56,913 bases of DNA from Raillietiella orientalis. Its lineage: Eukaryota. Shown one piece after another: positions 56,641 to 56,913 of this stretch (its first letter is position 1; every line of letters starts with the position of its first letter). The position numbers and the translations under genes were made by a program. Below the pieces are notes generated by a model. That model made no database searches and was not told where the DNA came from. It worked only from the letters and a program-made list of their open reading frames with translations. The DNA is taken from contig JAYWIR010000011.1 of NCBI GenBank assembly GCA_036172245.1, positions 4,588,001-4,644,913 on the forward strand, read 5' to 3'.

Positions 56641-56913
56641 CTAGTTTAAAACTATACCCAATACCCCGCCAAGGCAGTGTTTAAAACCACTGCCAAGGCA
56701 ATTTTTGAGTGCCCTGAGAGGGCAAGTGTTTGAGTGAACGCCAGTGTGGAAAGAGTGCAACCGGGGACCATCAGCAGCAGCAGCAGCAGCGCCGAGAAGT
56801 CCACGGTGGAAGTCCTGCAGTCGTCCCGAGCAGCCGGAACAGCTTCCAGGATGCAGGCATCTGGAGTTGGAGGAGTGGTGAGGCCATCGTCCCCCATGGA
56901 AGCCATGGAGGTA
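56641..56913 (+). mobile_element. Probable 5' end of a further element
   Basis: Abrupt compositional change; plus frame ends ..SSPMEAMEV, like the AMEV motif at ORF1 N-termini of F, G and D0. Confidence 0.4.

Noticed and set aside
56772..56790. CAG run as a functional repeat or signal-peptide gene (ORF 56652-56906)
   Set aside because: Six units only; better read as poly-Ser in the plus frame; the minus ORF has no support

Overview
The window is almost entirely a nested mosaic of GC-rich eukaryotic non-LTR retrotransposons (LINEs with APE-type L1/Tx1-like architecture). ORF1 is gag-like with two CX2CX4HX4C knuckles; ORF2 carries AP endonuclease, RT and a C-terminal CX2CX7HX4C finger. I see no host genes, rRNA/tRNA or CRISPR. 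By eye there are about 25 full or partial copies from at least six lineages. My labels: B = B1-B3; C = K, C', C, J and fragments; D = D0-D4; E; F = A, F, G, H; I = a divergent lineage. Most ORFs are decayed. The main signal is that the elements insert into each other at fixed, family-specific positions in conserved coding motifs, nearly always antisense. Family D sits four times at the same nucleotide of the RT DxxKAFD motif in four different hosts. Family B sits three times at the TLRNL codons after the endonuclease, with 17-bp duplications. Five lineages end in AATAAA plus a CCCGG-loop-CCGGG hairpin rather than poly(A), share a covarying 3'UTR stem-loop, and mostly couple ORF1 to ORF2 by a TAATG overlap (TAACA in family F, ATGA in E). 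Most intact 5' ends begin with a GCGGACGTG motif. Family assignments, counts and boundaries are manual and approximate to a few bp; the host organism cannot be identified from this window.
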